This document shows, piece after piece, positions 40,001 through 50,415 of a stretch of DNA of 64,000 nucleotides (the first letter of the stretch is position 1; every line of letters starts with the position of its first letter). Origin of the DNA: a virus. Both the position numbers and the translations under genes were made by a program. A model generated the notes under the pieces. The model had not been told where the DNA came from. It saw nothing but the letters and a program-made list of their open reading frames with translations, and did not search any database. The stretch spans positions 32,001 to 96,000 of IMG/VR virus record IMGVR_UViG_3300012971_000001; one strand, given 5' to 3'.

Positions 40001-41589
40001 TTGAAATTTACGCTTACTTTTTCAACCAAGCATGGATTTACTCCGATGGCCTACCGATAGATGTAAGGCGGATGGCAACGCTGGACATGCCGCTTATCTG
40101 GTCGCCCGGATACGCCAACATCGGGCCGGGCGATACGTTTGATATGTGGGGCAACTTCGGAATAAAGCCCTTCTATAAGATGACCGAAGACGGGACACCG
40201 ATCGTGTCGTTCACCATGATCGGCAACCCGGCGCCAAACCAAGTCAGCAAGATCGTGGGCGAGCCCGTCCTGCTTATCGCTACAGCAACAGACGCCGGAG
40301 CTTCTATTCCACCCGGCAAATACGCGGTAGCCGTATGTGCCTGGGATGGCGTGGTGCCGAGCGATCCTTCCGTTCATCCCAGCTTCAAAGAGTCGCCGAT
40401 GTCGAATGTGATATACGTTGACGTAGCGCAAGGGCAGGCCATAGATATTACGATAGACCCACCTGACTTAGCAACAGCACAGGAAGTATTTATCAGCGCC
40501 ACGAATAATAATCAGATCTGGTTTTGGGTCGCCAAGATCGGCGCTACAGATACGTCGTATAGAATCACGTCAGTGCCGCATTGGAACGTGGGCGCACCCG
40601 ATGATGAATTCGATCATTTCCGGGTGCAGAATAAAATCGAATGGCATGCAGGCATCCTGGGCGCGCAGGTGCATGGAGTTATCTGGAATAAGTTGCAGAT
40701 CGGCATGACGAATGTGAATGGCGAAGACTACCATTTTATCCCGGGCTCGCTGGTGGGCCGCTCAATTAGCATGTTAGCCAAGTACGATCCTGATGTGGAA
40801 ATACCAATCGTCAATTACAAGATCATAGATAACGATGAAGAGTGGATTCAAGTCGGCCCAAATACGTACAACCAGATACCGCCTGACCTGACTACTATCT
40901 TTGCAGAGAATGATGTAATCACGATTCGGTGCAGGCCAGAGCAGATCACATCTAACAGCTACGTGGACCCGCTGTGGATCAACCCGTTCAGTGCCAACAA
41001 GGATGCTAACGGCAACTATGTGCTGGATGACAACGGGAATAAAATCTACGGCCTGAGACCGCACGAAGAAACCGGCCGCCTGTGCTGGATCATAGATGGC
41101 CCTGGAAGAGGGCAGGTGCGCGCCATAGCTGATAATACGGATACAAAAATCACGCTGTCGAGCGACTGGGATCCGGCTAACATGCCGACAGCAGATAGCG
41201 TGATAGTCGTGGTAGACGCACAGTGGAGGCCCACTTATGATACGCAGCAGTACGAAGTAGCTGACAGATTTTCCTACGGCCCAATCGTAGATCAGAACTT
41301 CGGCACGTTCGGGCCTGTGGCACAGCCTGATGTGCAGAACCTCGGCGGCATCACCTGGATACTGCGGCTGCTGACGATCAGTGCAGACGGTAGGTACAAC
41401 GATACGGATGATAGAATTCCCATGAGAGAAGCTTATGCCTTCCCGGCCTTCGGGACATCGCAGAATGACATGGGCACGATCAGCTGGGATACTGGCGGTG
41501 CAGACTTAACGCCGCAGGGACGCAGAGTGTTCCGGCGCGGAACGCGGATGAGAGTGATCAATGGAGTGTTTGTGAAGTCAACGATGTGA
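37021..41589 (+). CDS. Large tail tip/hub protein (1522 aa)
   Basis: Directly after the tape measure; beta-rich, with a hub-like N-terminus. Confidence 0.65.
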   Translation: MAFKLMISWSGAERDYTRYLIHQSLSISESLNVPTTCTFSLSPIDSMFVIPPEHAYIDLYGTLKNKSLFTGFITVQPKMVYMALSPTPIMGGQLFEYQINCSSDEHLLNIKSVPFIPAYLNQYQGDILASIAEVLCPGFFDTTMLQKGDIVPYFEYKPTQSWSELAKEWGDATRFRNRGRNKKLVYAPYDDAPLGIGYDERKAQRTFDPKGLNTDVMTVPLVNDVTIIGRAEAGNNREDYFIGDGFTGTFPLHHKTFEGASALLLNEPWTNTDLNKQNWYLLDPYMEFDFTAGALNIVTPAPPHKLGDSYLQMNNGLEVAGSIDLEHGEITFNGHCEGIIGGLYGSFDENTQDKLIAGFVISTTDKLTPPAIIPLPGGGGMQGIGYGGIQIAAFAVQQPTAKDAEQIGDVIITKPNHNYVLQTLITAPMYTRYNQVYRTQDGTEFGGTVDSVPCSITFAVQDWDILAVKVGTDFFYEPTITKIASLDIELPAFLAYALINNQQLNLTLGNTVVAAMPQGSLFALCGPSGLARPTGWLPMLPWTSGWVKKGDMWATGFIGPVLPWPSPASGNIVPGPLMLSDTAVQEVLGNGLELQVAQITPGNESDTLGFYNQNPLTIPAAGTPLRFQSWESQAAIARIQNKDSIDSEADIVGDDGIRSAVVSDLTPLPRTSEDCDNAALAYLHDRGMVLYKGTYTCTSFFFTGDDKDWQYFPTCGRELFIHAPKRKIDQQNYLVTTLKISILDLQTELLSYEIGFGADLYLEKMLKNFIMPDPATVLTFKDKADPPDPRYTTQVGNSYLPDLNNVQISLFQIVDDRCRVEVFDTWLTDPDNPWDGAIEIRRQDHNWGNKDLPDYVDLVSPPITESDGIYSLEFDLLRRQYDQTWYLRPVKDGIYSRRSKVLRLMWPMKPDQPLYIGATAIREQPSQEMGMIDSYNVQYGFNGDVRNIWGVEIRGADNRTILVQKQCTAAASDLLIDLAQTPMPFMPAPYNTDFEIYAYFFNQAWIYSDGLPIDVRRMATLDMPLIWSPGYANIGPGDTFDMWGNFGIKPFYKMTEDGTPIVSFTMIGNPAPNQVSKIVGEPVLLIATATDAGASIPPGKYAVAVCAWDGVVPSDPSVHPSFKESPMSNVIYVDVAQGQAIDITIDPPDLATAQEVFISATNNNQIWFWVAKIGATDTSYRITSVPHWNVGAPDDEFDHFRVQNKIEWHAGILGAQVHGVIWNKLQIGMTNVNGEDYHFIPGSLVGRSISMLAKYDPDVEIPIVNYKIIDNDEEWIQVGPNTYNQIPPDLTTIFAENDVITIRCRPEQITSNSYVDPLWINPFSANKDANGNYVLDDNGNKIYGLRPHEETGRLCWIIDGPGRGQVRAIADNTDTKITLSSDWDPANMPTADSVIVVVDAQWRPTYDTQQYEVADRFSYGPIVDQNFGTFGPVAQPDVQNLGGITWILRLLTISADGRYNDTDDRIPMREAYAFPAFGTSQNDMGTISWDTGGADLTPQGRRVFRRGTRMRVINGVFVKSTM

Positions 41590-41596
41590 GGAAAAG

Positions 41597-44500
41597 ATGC
41601 CGACTTATCCAAATGCAATACCTCGAAACACATGGGACAAGCATGGTGAGCGTGTCTCGATTCTCGATTATCTCGCTGACAAGGGCAACCCTACGGCAGC
41701 GTTCAACGCGGCAATCCAGCATGCATCAAAAGTGCGCGGCGGGTGCTCGATTCAAATCCCGGTGGGCGAGTATGTGATCACGCAGCCGATCGTGGTGGAT
41801 GTACCGAATATCGTGTTCCACGGCGAGGGTGAGAATTCGGTGGTGCAGAGGGATCTACACTTCCAGGGCGGCGATGCCATGTTTGTTATTAAGGCATCGA
41901 ATATCACGTTCCGCGATTTTCTGGTTGACGGCAACATCACGAATCCGGATCATGTGGTAATTCAGGGTGGCAACTTTATCATCGATGGCTCATCTTATCC
42001 TTTAGACCCGATGATAGATCCGTTTACTTACAACAGCTCGTTTTGGGTCAAGTCAGATGCAGGGCCGGTGGATCAGGTTCGTTTCGAGCGGATTACGATT
42101 CAGCATACAGCGGGCTATGCCATCATCTTCGATGCCCGGCACGAGTACCTTACGCACATGCGGGTCACGGATTGTCGATTCCTGAACAACCGGCCCCATC
42201 TATTCGGTGTGACCGCCAGCGACGTTGCCTACGGGGCGTGGACGGGCGGAATACTCATGGAGGGCGACGGTTCGTCCAATGCCTGCCATGACGTGCTGGT
42301 GCATGGCTGCTCGTTCATGCGCATAGACGGCAACTGCGTGTGGTCGCACCTGTACGGCTTCAACCGCCTGCACAGCAACATCCGGATCAAGAACAACGAT
42401 TTCCTCGACATAGGGCGAGACGGTGTGCTGATGGGCGGCATAGACGGCGGCGTGGTTGAAGGCAACACCATGCGGCGGATCGGCTACATCACGATAGATG
42501 ATGATAATATGTCTGCCCCGAAATGGTTGAGAGATCAGTGGGCCGTCGGCATAGATACCAGCGGGCTTACGGTCGGCGTGAACTATGTCAACAATGTGCT
42601 GACATCGTGTAACGGCGGGTATATCGACTGCGACGGATATTCAAGCGGTACGATCGTCGGAAATAAGTGCCGGACGCCAGCACCAACCGATCCGGATTAC
42701 GCAGCAGATCAAATCGGCGCGCCGGGATGGGGCGGCAGAGCAGCTGACGGGCAGTCGGACTGGGCTTACGGCATAAACTTCGGCAACACGAGCCATGCCG
42801 CGACCGGAGACAGAGGCGCACGCGGAGCCACGATCGTCGGCAATAATTTTCAGAATATGGGGCGAAATGCCATCGCCCTGTACGCTGCAAGAGACAGTTA
42901 CGTATCCGACAATGATATCTATGTGCAGCCAGCGCCTTCGGCCAGCCCGATCGTGGTCGGCAATATCCTGTATCCTGATCCACCGGCAGACGATACGCGC
43001 GGCTTCAATAATGTAATCATCAATAACCGCATTTACTGGAGCCCGACCATCTACGCCCCAGCGGTGCTCGAAGATGCGAACCTGAGCGGCTACGGCCAGA
43101 ATTACGCTTCGGGCGAGGGGAATCAAATCCGTGCCAACGACCTGATCGGGACGACTTACAAGACGTACGAATTCATGAAGGACCCGTCGTCGACGAGCAG
43201 CACGGCACACCATTACGCCAGCAACTTCGCATCAGCAACAGGAGACGCACGGCTGCAGCAGACCTCGACCCATTCCATCCGGCGGGAGGGCAGAGGAGAT
43301 GATGGCACGAGCGTACTGCGCGTCTACAACGTAGATACGGGCACTGCCCAGCTGCACATGCAGCTGCAGGCTTACGCCCGGGTCGATATGACAGATCCGA
43401 GTCATCCTGTGCCTGTGAGGATGCCGTTGTTAAATGTCTCGCTGGGCGCGACAGCAGGGACCGGAAATATTTCCACGGGTAATAGAACGCAGGCCGGATT
43501 CGATGACTGCGTGCTGACGGGCAAAGTGTACGGCGATGCTTTGTTGTGCCTTGGATCAGCTACTTATCACGATGCAGATGCTGATTTACTCACAGCAGAC
43601 GTGGGATTAATCCGGTACAAGACGGGGACGCCGAATAAGTTTCAGATGTCGGTGTCGGTAGATGGCAGTGGAAAACGCGTGTGGCAAGACTTCGGCGGCG
43701 GAGGAGGCGGAGGCAGCGTCGGCGGCACCGATAAATCCATCGTGTACAACATGAATGGTAATTCATGGGGCGATCAGAATTTACAGTGGGATTACGATCA
43801 GCAGGTAATGACGGTATACGGCAAGTCAGGGCAGCCCGGTATTCAGGCAATTAACTCCTATATCCGCGCCGACCAGGGCTTTATCGTCACGCAGCCAGCG
43901 TGGAATGCCTTCAATGGTGCATCTTCCGGTGCCGGAGCTTTTTTGGGTGCCGTGAGTGTGGCGCCGTATACTCCGCCAGCTACAACGCCGCCAGCACCGC
44001 CAGCGCCAGCACCGAATGGAGGTTATATCGACTTAGCACAGCTCGGATATGCGAGTTACCCGCGGCCACTGGCCGGTGCTACGTTCGATAATACGCAAGT
44101 ACTCATGTGGAACGCTGGCCAGAATGACACGCCTACAGATGCCATAAATCACACTACCGGCCTGATGCTGAATACGTTCGTCAATGCAGCAGCAGGATTT
44201 GCCACGATGGCGACTACCTGGAACGCGATCCAGGCTCCAGCAGGCGGCGTGTATGGCGAGTCGCTCGGCGCGAGCAAGTATACGCATATCGGAGTGCATG
44301 CGACAGATTTGGTACAGGGCGACCTGACGACGAGCGATTCGCTGACGCCAGGGACTATGTTCTGGAATTCGACGTTGAATCAGCTTAGAGTATATGATGG
44401 TAATAGCTGGTCTACTGTTGGAACAGGCACGACGGGTGGAGGCGTACCGGGTGGCATAGATAAAAGCATTCAGTACAAGGTCGGAAGTAATTTCGGCGGT

Positions 44501-47500
44501 GATGCGAACTTACTCTGGGATTCGACGCTTAGAGTGCAGACGATTTTGGGCGTAGCCGGGCAGCAGGGGCTGATCGTGGACAAGGGATACACGATGTCGA
44601 ATGGCTACGTATCGACGCTTGATTCATGGTCAGCAATTAATACGATTGGGACGGGTTATGGCGGCGGTGCAGTAACTGCCGGATATGCAGTGGCACCGCA
44701 TGGAAGCCGCGGTGGGTACATCGACGCAGCTCCGCTTGCATCGCAGAACTTTCCGGTAGCGCTGCCGGGACTAAGTGCATTCGGTAGCAATGACGTGCTG
44801 ATGTGGGTGTCTGGAGTAAATGGTACGACGTCGGCTACGGCTCCACAGGGTGCATACGGCCTGATGTTGAACAGCTTTGTCAACGCTTACGGCGGGTTTG
44901 CCACAGCCAATACACAGTACAACAGCGTGCAGACAGCGGGCGGACTAAATGCCCGGTCGATGGCAGTTACGAGTTACGTGCAGGTCGGCCACGGAGCAAC
45001 CACACCTACGCTGACAGCAGGCGATACCTTCCAGGCAGGGGCACTGTACTGGAGTGATACGAATAAAATGTTGATGGCCTACGATGGCACTAAGTGGATA
45101 TCGCTGGGCCTCGGCGGTACGGGCGGTGCTTTCGGCAGCATTCAGTACAACAAAGGTGGCGTGCTGACGGGTGATAATAATCTGGTCTGGAATGACACGG
45201 CACAGTCGATGGCCGTGGCAGGCAAGGCAGGGCAGGCTGCCATATCTGTGACTACAGGTTACGTGACGTCAGTGGGCGGCTTTGTCAGCACAGCAGATAG
45301 CTATAACGCCTTTCAGGGAGCAGCAACGGGTGGCGGTGCGTGGATGGCTGCTTACAGCACATCTGCTTTCAACAGCAAGGGAGCTTACTACAGCGTTTCA
45401 GCGCTGGGATATGGCAGCTTTCCGGTTGCCGTGACCAGCGCCTCGTTCGCCGCCACAGACGCGCTGCTGTGGGTATCAACTACGAACGGGACTACGACTC
45501 CGGTCACGACGGTAGCATTGAATACGAATATAGCTGTTAACTCAGCTGTGGGCTTTGTTACCGGCAATGCCAGCTACAACAGCATTCAGGCGCCTGGCGG
45601 TGGCGTGTTAGCAAGATCACTGCATGCAGACAAGTACATCGACGTCGGAAATAGCGCAGGACCGCCGACCAAGACGACGAATGCGAATTTCCGCGATGGC
45701 AATTTGTACTGGGATACGACACAGGGCAATTACCAATACTACAAAGCCGGTGCGTGGCAGGCATTTTCCGGCGCCGCAGCCGGAGTGGATAAGAGCATTC
45801 AATATAACAAGGCCGGCGCATTTGCCGGAGATACGTATCTTTATTACGATGACGCAGCCCATACATTTTTTGTTAACGCCACAGCAGCCAACAAGCCAGC
45901 AATAGCCGTGACCGGGTATATGCAGTCAACCGGCGGCTTTCTCACTACAGCGGTGGGCTACAATGTAATCCAAGCCAGCATGGCAGGCGGCGTCTACGCG
46001 GCAGCAACGACTGTAGCTCCAGATCCAGGCAACACTGTCGGCGGTTACATGGCAGTGAAGGCACTGACTTACTCCGGCAACCAGCCAGTCGCATTGGCGG
46101 GATTTACCTTCGATGCCAACACGGCGTTGCTGTGGGCGGGAGGTGCCAACGGAGCAACAGCAATAGCGCTGGGCTTGAATACGAATGCATGGATAGATGC
46201 AGCAAGCGGACTCAGAACCAGTAATGCCAGCTATAATGCCATTCAAGCATCATCGGGAGGTGTGTATGCACGTTCGCTGCACTCGCTGTACTATGTTGAC
46301 ATCGGGCAAAGCAGCGGTGCTCCGACGGCAACGACCGGAGCCGCGTTCCGCGCAGGCAATATATATTGGGACACTTCCGGTACGCCTGGAATAAGAGTGC
46401 ATAACGGTTCAGCGTGGGTGCCGCTGGTGCCTGCAACGTCCGTGCCCGGCGGTGCCAACAGAGCCGTGCAATACAACAGCAACGGCAGCTTTGGCGGAGA
46501 TACAGCTAACTTCTATTGGGATACTGCAGCGAAAGTGTTGTATCTGGTAGCTGCCGACGGCGCCAGCCCTGCCTTGGGCGCAACCGGGTATCTGCAAGCG
46601 AGTGGCGGCTTTGTCACTGCAGGAACTAGCTATAACGTGATCCAAGCGCCTAGCGGCGGGTCGCTGGCACGACTGCACAAATCGACTTACTACACGCAGC
46701 TTGGAAATAATAACGGCGTGTCCGGCGGGACCGGCGGACCGGGCCTGATCGGCGGAGATCCGAGCTTCACAGCCGGAGCAATTTACTGGGATGTCGGCTA
46801 TGCACAGCTTAGAGTCTACGATGGCACGACGTGGGGCCCGATCGTGGCGCCTTCATCGGGTATCGGAGGCGCACTGACCACTCCCAGAATTCCCTATGCG
46901 CTGAGTTCGAACACGCTGACAGATACGCCTAACCTGTTTTGGGAAGTGTCGACGAACGGGCTGAATACGACAGCACTGGGAGTGAACTCACCTACGCAAG
47001 CTTCGTGCGTGCGCATCAGCTACGGCCGTGTGGATAATGGCGGTTATATCACGGTGCCCGATGCGGCGAGCTTTTATACGTCTGCTGGATGCAGTTACAA
47101 CGGCACTTCATGGGTAGCAAAAGCTTCATCTGGGACCATATTGGCAATGGTTGGCACGCAGATAGCCTGGTATCAGAGTGATAATAACCCGGTGAATGGG
47201 GCCTATGCCGTAACCGAGCGAATGATCATGACCAACGCCGGAATAAAATTCCGGTTTACAGCTGGGAATGCCCTGCAGGTGCTGAATACAGCAGAAAATA
47301 CGTGGGGCGGTGCAGTGTTCGGCTATCTTGGGATTAATTGTCCTAGCCCGGTGTCAGCAGTTAGAATTTCCTACGGTGCCAGCAATAATGGGATGTTTCT
47401 GACTTCGACATCGCCATCGCAGGCGTTTGTGTCCGGTGGAGCCTACTATAACGGCTCTCAGTGGATTGCTACGGATACTTCATCGTCGGCTATACAATGG

Positions 47501-48481
47501 AACGCCGGGCAGATAGCCTTTTATGCTCAGACTGGGCTTTCGGTCGGCGGTGCCTTCAATATATTTCAGCGCGGACTAATAGATACAGCTGGGAATTTTG
47601 TCTGGTATTCCAGTGTATATTGCGGATTGAAGTTGATCATACAGTCACCTGCGTATGTAGGCGGTGGCGTGATGCTTACCAATTATCAGAACAATGGCAA
47701 TTATATGGTTCTGAGCATGGGGTACGATGGCAGCAATAATCTTTACCTTGATAACCGCAGTTGGAACGACATTTACATCCGTCCTGGGGATAACCGATAT
47801 GTCTTTATGGGTTCGGGCGCTGGTAACGACTTTGTGTGTCCGAATGGAGATAATAACGCGTCGCTTGGGCACCCGTCGTACCGCTGGAAGAATATCTACT
47901 GTGTAACTGGGCTTGTTGCCTCGCTTAATGGGGTAGCAGGCGCAGTGACTCTCGTTGCCGGAGCAAACATTACGATTACTCCTTCCGGCCAAAACATTAC
48001 GATTGCAGCTACTGGTGGCGGTGGCGGTAGCTATACCGGAGGCACCGGCGTTACGGTATCCAATAATGTGATTTCGATTGGGCAGGCTGTAGGCGCTACT
48101 AACAGTGTGAATTTTGCTAACGTCATAACGTCTAGCTATATACAGATTAACTACAATCCTGGCGGCACGAACTGGGGCCTCTATCTGCCATATACGTATG
48201 TGTATTCGAAGGGTGTAAACTCGACAGATACCTCATGGAATGGCATACAGTCTGCTGGTGGTATTTCGGCGAGTTCAGGATTTTACGTGCCTTCGCAAGT
48301 TCAGGTGATTGACAGTGGCGGTGTTTTCGTAGGTAAGGGAGTAAGCTGTCAGAGCTACGGTGTAGGCTGCTCTGGTGTGAATGTTTATAGCAATGGCTGG
48401 TATTACGGATGGACTGGGTACTTCACCGATGCTAATAACATCCTGCGGCATGTGGTCGGCGGCATCATTGTTACTGCTTGA
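41597..48481 (+). CDS. Tailspike/fibre: N-terminal pectate-lyase-like beta-helix, five long repeats and a fibre tip (2294 aa)
   Basis: VSILDY...AAFNAAIQ...IPVGEYVIT followed by beta-helix-like repeats; repeated GG.DKSIQYN...GD.NL.WD units. Confidence 0.8.
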   Translation: MPTYPNAIPRNTWDKHGERVSILDYLADKGNPTAAFNAAIQHASKVRGGCSIQIPVGEYVITQPIVVDVPNIVFHGEGENSVVQRDLHFQGGDAMFVIKASNITFRDFLVDGNITNPDHVVIQGGNFIIDGSSYPLDPMIDPFTYNSSFWVKSDAGPVDQVRFERITIQHTAGYAIIFDARHEYLTHMRVTDCRFLNNRPHLFGVTASDVAYGAWTGGILMEGDGSSNACHDVLVHGCSFMRIDGNCVWSHLYGFNRLHSNIRIKNNDFLDIGRDGVLMGGIDGGVVEGNTMRRIGYITIDDDNMSAPKWLRDQWAVGIDTSGLTVGVNYVNNVLTSCNGGYIDCDGYSSGTIVGNKCRTPAPTDPDYAADQIGAPGWGGRAADGQSDWAYGINFGNTSHAATGDRGARGATIVGNNFQNMGRNAIALYAARDSYVSDNDIYVQPAPSASPIVVGNILYPDPPADDTRGFNNVIINNRIYWSPTIYAPAVLEDANLSGYGQNYASGEGNQIRANDLIGTTYKTYEFMKDPSSTSSTAHHYASNFASATGDARLQQTSTHSIRREGRGDDGTSVLRVYNVDTGTAQLHMQLQAYARVDMTDPSHPVPVRMPLLNVSLGATAGTGNISTGNRTQAGFDDCVLTGKVYGDALLCLGSATYHDADADLLTADVGLIRYKTGTPNKFQMSVSVDGSGKRVWQDFGGGGGGGSVGGTDKSIVYNMNGNSWGDQNLQWDYDQQVMTVYGKSGQPGIQAINSYIRADQGFIVTQPAWNAFNGASSGAGAFLGAVSVAPYTPPATTPPAPPAPAPNGGYIDLAQLGYASYPRPLAGATFDNTQVLMWNAGQNDTPTDAINHTTGLMLNTFVNAAAGFATMATTWNAIQAPAGGVYGESLGASKYTHIGVHATDLVQGDLTTSDSLTPGTMFWNSTLNQLRVYDGNSWSTVGTGTTGGGVPGGIDKSIQYKVGSNFGGDANLLWDSTLRVQTILGVAGQQGLIVDKGYTMSNGYVSTLDSWSAINTIGTGYGGGAVTAGYAVAPHGSRGGYIDAAPLASQNFPVALPGLSAFGSNDVLMWVSGVNGTTSATAPQGAYGLMLNSFVNAYGGFATANTQYNSVQTAGGLNARSMAVTSYVQVGHGATTPTLTAGDTFQAGALYWSDTNKMLMAYDGTKWISLGLGGTGGAFGSIQYNKGGVLTGDNNLVWNDTAQSMAVAGKAGQAAISVTTGYVTSVGGFVSTADSYNAFQGAATGGGAWMAAYSTSAFNSKGAYYSVSALGYGSFPVAVTSASFAATDALLWVSTTNGTTTPVTTVALNTNIAVNSAVGFVTGNASYNSIQAPGGGVLARSLHADKYIDVGNSAGPPTKTTNANFRDGNLYWDTTQGNYQYYKAGAWQAFSGAAAGVDKSIQYNKAGAFAGDTYLYYDDAAHTFFVNATAANKPAIAVTGYMQSTGGFLTTAVGYNVIQASMAGGVYAAATTVAPDPGNTVGGYMAVKALTYSGNQPVALAGFTFDANTALLWAGGANGATAIALGLNTNAWIDAASGLRTSNASYNAIQASSGGVYARSLHSLYYVDIGQSSGAPTATTGAAFRAGNIYWDTSGTPGIRVHNGSAWVPLVPATSVPGGANRAVQYNSNGSFGGDTANFYWDTAAKVLYLVAADGASPALGATGYLQASGGFVTAGTSYNVIQAPSGGSLARLHKSTYYTQLGNNNGVSGGTGGPGLIGGDPSFTAGAIYWDVGYAQLRVYDGTTWGPIVAPSSGIGGALTTPRIPYALSSNTLTDTPNLFWEVSTNGLNTTALGVNSPTQASCVRISYGRVDNGGYITVPDAASFYTSAGCSYNGTSWVAKASSGTILAMVGTQIAWYQSDNNPVNGAYAVTERMIMTNAGIKFRFTAGNALQVLNTAENTWGGAVFGYLGINCPSPVSAVRISYGASNNGMFLTSTSPSQAFVSGGAYYNGSQWIATDTSSSAIQWNAGQIAFYAQTGLSVGGAFNIFQRGLIDTAGNFVWYSSVYCGLKLIIQSPAYVGGGVMLTNYQNNGNYMVLSMGYDGSNNLYLDNRSWNDIYIRPGDNRYVFMGSGAGNDFVCPNGDNNASLGHPSYRWKNIYCVTGLVASLNGVAGAVTLVAGANITITPSGQNITIAATGGGGGSYTGGTGVTVSNNVISIGQAVGATNSVNFANVITSSYIQINYNPGGTNWGLYLPYTYVYSKGVNSTDTSWNGIQSAGGISASSGFYVPSQVQVIDSGGVFVGKGVSCQSYGVGCSGVNVYSNGWYYGWTGYFTDANNILRHVVGGIIVTA
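43721..46850 (+). repeat. Five degenerate internal repeats of about 220-240 aa (last one shorter)
   Basis: Units start at 43721, 44450, 45122, 45779 and 46448. Confidence 0.75.
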
Positions 48482-48515
48482 TTCGTTATCATTAGGAAGG
48501 TGAGGAGGCTAGAAT

Positions 48516-48902
48516 ATGGCAGCGATATTGAGAATGACCGTACAGCAGCGGTTGAACTTGGAAGGCATGCTTCGCCAGCAGAAGTCAGAGGACGGCGAGG
48601 CACTGATGACCAGTTACGAGCTGCTAAAGAAAATCCGTATCCCGACTGAAGACCGTGTGCTGTACATGCGTGAGATACAGACACCGCAAGGACCAGCGAC
48701 AGAGTTCTTTAACAGAACAATCAATGCCGCGCCTTCGACCGATATCGAGTTAGAATCTGCAGAGATTCGAAGACTAGAGGGCACGCTCAAAGATTGGAAA
48801 AATTATTCGCCAGAAGATGTCGAATGGTTGATCGACTTAAAGAAGCAGCTATCCGCCGTCAACAATGGCACTGCCGCGGCAAAGAAAAAGTCAGCCAACT
48901 AG
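48516..48902 (+). CDS. Putative fibre assembly chaperone (paralogue of 26579-26965)
   Basis: GAGGAGG Shine-Dalgarno; 128 aa; DIELESAE...DVEWL. Confidence 0.55.
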   Translation: MAAILRMTVQQRLNLEGMLRQQKSEDGEALMTSYELLKKIRIPTEDRVLYMREIQTPQGPATEFFNRTINAAPSTDIELESAEIRRLEGTLKDWKNYSPEDVEWLIDLKKQLSAVNNGTAAAKKKSAN

Positions 48903-48903
48903 T

Positions 48904-50415
48904 ATGCCGATAGAAGTGGTGCTGACCAATCGGTACGCCTATGTCACGGAAGCCACCGACGCCGACTACGAAGCTATCTCCAAGTTTTGGAGCTTCTATC
49001 CGCCGGGTTACAGATTCTCACCGAAGTATCTGTACGGCAAATGGGACGGGCGCATCACCATGCTTAAGGAAGGCAAGGTGCCTGCGGGCCTGTTTCGCGC
49101 CACAAGAAAAGACGCTGTGAAAGACTTGGGCGTTACGTTCAAGGTCCGCATCGACTTACCGAAGGTGAATGGCTACCACGCGCCAGAGGCATCACTCGAC
49201 GAGAAGTACAGATACCAGGAAGAAGCAGTGCTGAACATGCTTGACAACGTGCCGAGGGGCGGCGGGATAATCCTGTCGGCTACCGGCACCGGAAAGACAG
49301 CCGTAGCCGGGAAGTTTTTCAAGTGCCTGAAAGAGCACTGCCTCTTTGTGGTCGACGAGCTTGGGCTGCTATACCAGTCGCAGAAAGAAATCGAGCAGTG
49401 GGCAGGCGAGCCGGTGGGCTTGGTGGGCAACAGCAAATACGAGCCACAGCGGCTGACGGTGGCCACTATCCAGACGCTGCACAAGCACCGCGATGACTTA
49501 GAATTCAGAAGATGGTTCCGGAAGGTGAAGATCGTGATCGTCGACGAGCTGCACGAGCAGCTGTCGCGTCGCAACTTCAAGATCCTAGAAACGATCAAGC
49601 CGATAGCGTGCTACGGTCTAACTGCCACGCTGCAGCTTAGAAGAAAAGAAATCAGAACGAAGGCTTACAGCTTTGCCGGGCCAGTAATTTATGAGTTCCC
49701 GCTGCAGAAGGGCATAGAGCAAGGAGTGCTTACCAACGGACGAATGCTGCAGCTGATTTTCGAATACGAGCCTATCCCGGAAGAGGACTATCAGCAGTCC
49801 TACGAAGTGCAGGTGTGGGACAACGAAACGAAGCTAGCAGCAGCGCAGAAAGTAATCCGCTACCTCATCAAGCAGGGCCACTACGTGATTGCGTTGGTAC
49901 ACAGGCCCGTACACGTCAAAGCCCTGCACGCGATGCTGCTAGACGTGCCCCATCGTCTTGCATACGGTGCCATAGATCCGCATAGCCGGGTCCGGTCACG
50001 CAGGAAATTCGACAAGGGTGACCTGCAACTGATCATAGCCAACAAAGTGTTCAAGAAGGGTATTAACGTTAGACGTGTCGATGTGATGATAGACATGGCC
50101 GAACTCAAGTCCAAGAACGATGCCTGTCAAAAATTTGGGCGGGGAGTACGGCTGCATCCCAGCAAGACGGAGCTGCTATACTTGGACTTCGGCACAGACG
50201 GTGAAAACCGATACAGCAAAGCAGCCAAATCGAGAGCCAGAGCCATCAAGGCGATGGGGATCAAAGTCAGAAAAGTACGCGTAGATGATCCGGCCTCAGC
50301 ACTAGCAGCAGTGAAGGCCGAGTTGGAGATGATGGAGCGGAAGCAATGCCCCAAAGCGACCGTGCAGCTAAGCATGTTCAAGAAGGCGGGGAAGCGTTCG
50401 AGTCGGGCGAGCTGA
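48904..50415 (+). CDS. SF2 DExH helicase (UvsW/ResIII-like)
   Basis: SATGTGKT, VDELH, GLTAT, KGIN and QKFGRGVR motifs. Confidence 0.88.
   Translation: MPIEVVLTNRYAYVTEATDADYEAISKFWSFYPPGYRFSPKYLYGKWDGRITMLKEGKVPAGLFRATRKDAVKDLGVTFKVRIDLPKVNGYHAPEASLDEKYRYQEEAVLNMLDNVPRGGGIILSATGTGKTAVAGKFFKCLKEHCLFVVDELGLLYQSQKEIEQWAGEPVGLVGNSKYEPQRLTVATIQTLHKHRDDLEFRRWFRKVKIVIVDELHEQLSRRNFKILETIKPIACYGLTATLQLRRKEIRTKAYSFAGPVIYEFPLQKGIEQGVLTNGRMLQLIFEYEPIPEEDYQQSYEVQVWDNETKLAAAQKVIRYLIKQGHYVIALVHRPVHVKALHAMLLDVPHRLAYGAIDPHSRVRSRRKFDKGDLQLIIANKVFKKGINVRRVDVMIDMAELKSKNDACQKFGRGVRLHPSKTELLYLDFGTDGENRYSKAAKSRARAIKAMGIKVRKVRVDDPASALAAVKAELEMMERKQCPKATVQLSMFKKAGKRSSRAS

Noticed and set aside
41597-48481. Diversity-generating retroelement targeting the fibres
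   Set aside because: No reverse transcriptase and no near-identical template/variable repeat pair seen in the window.
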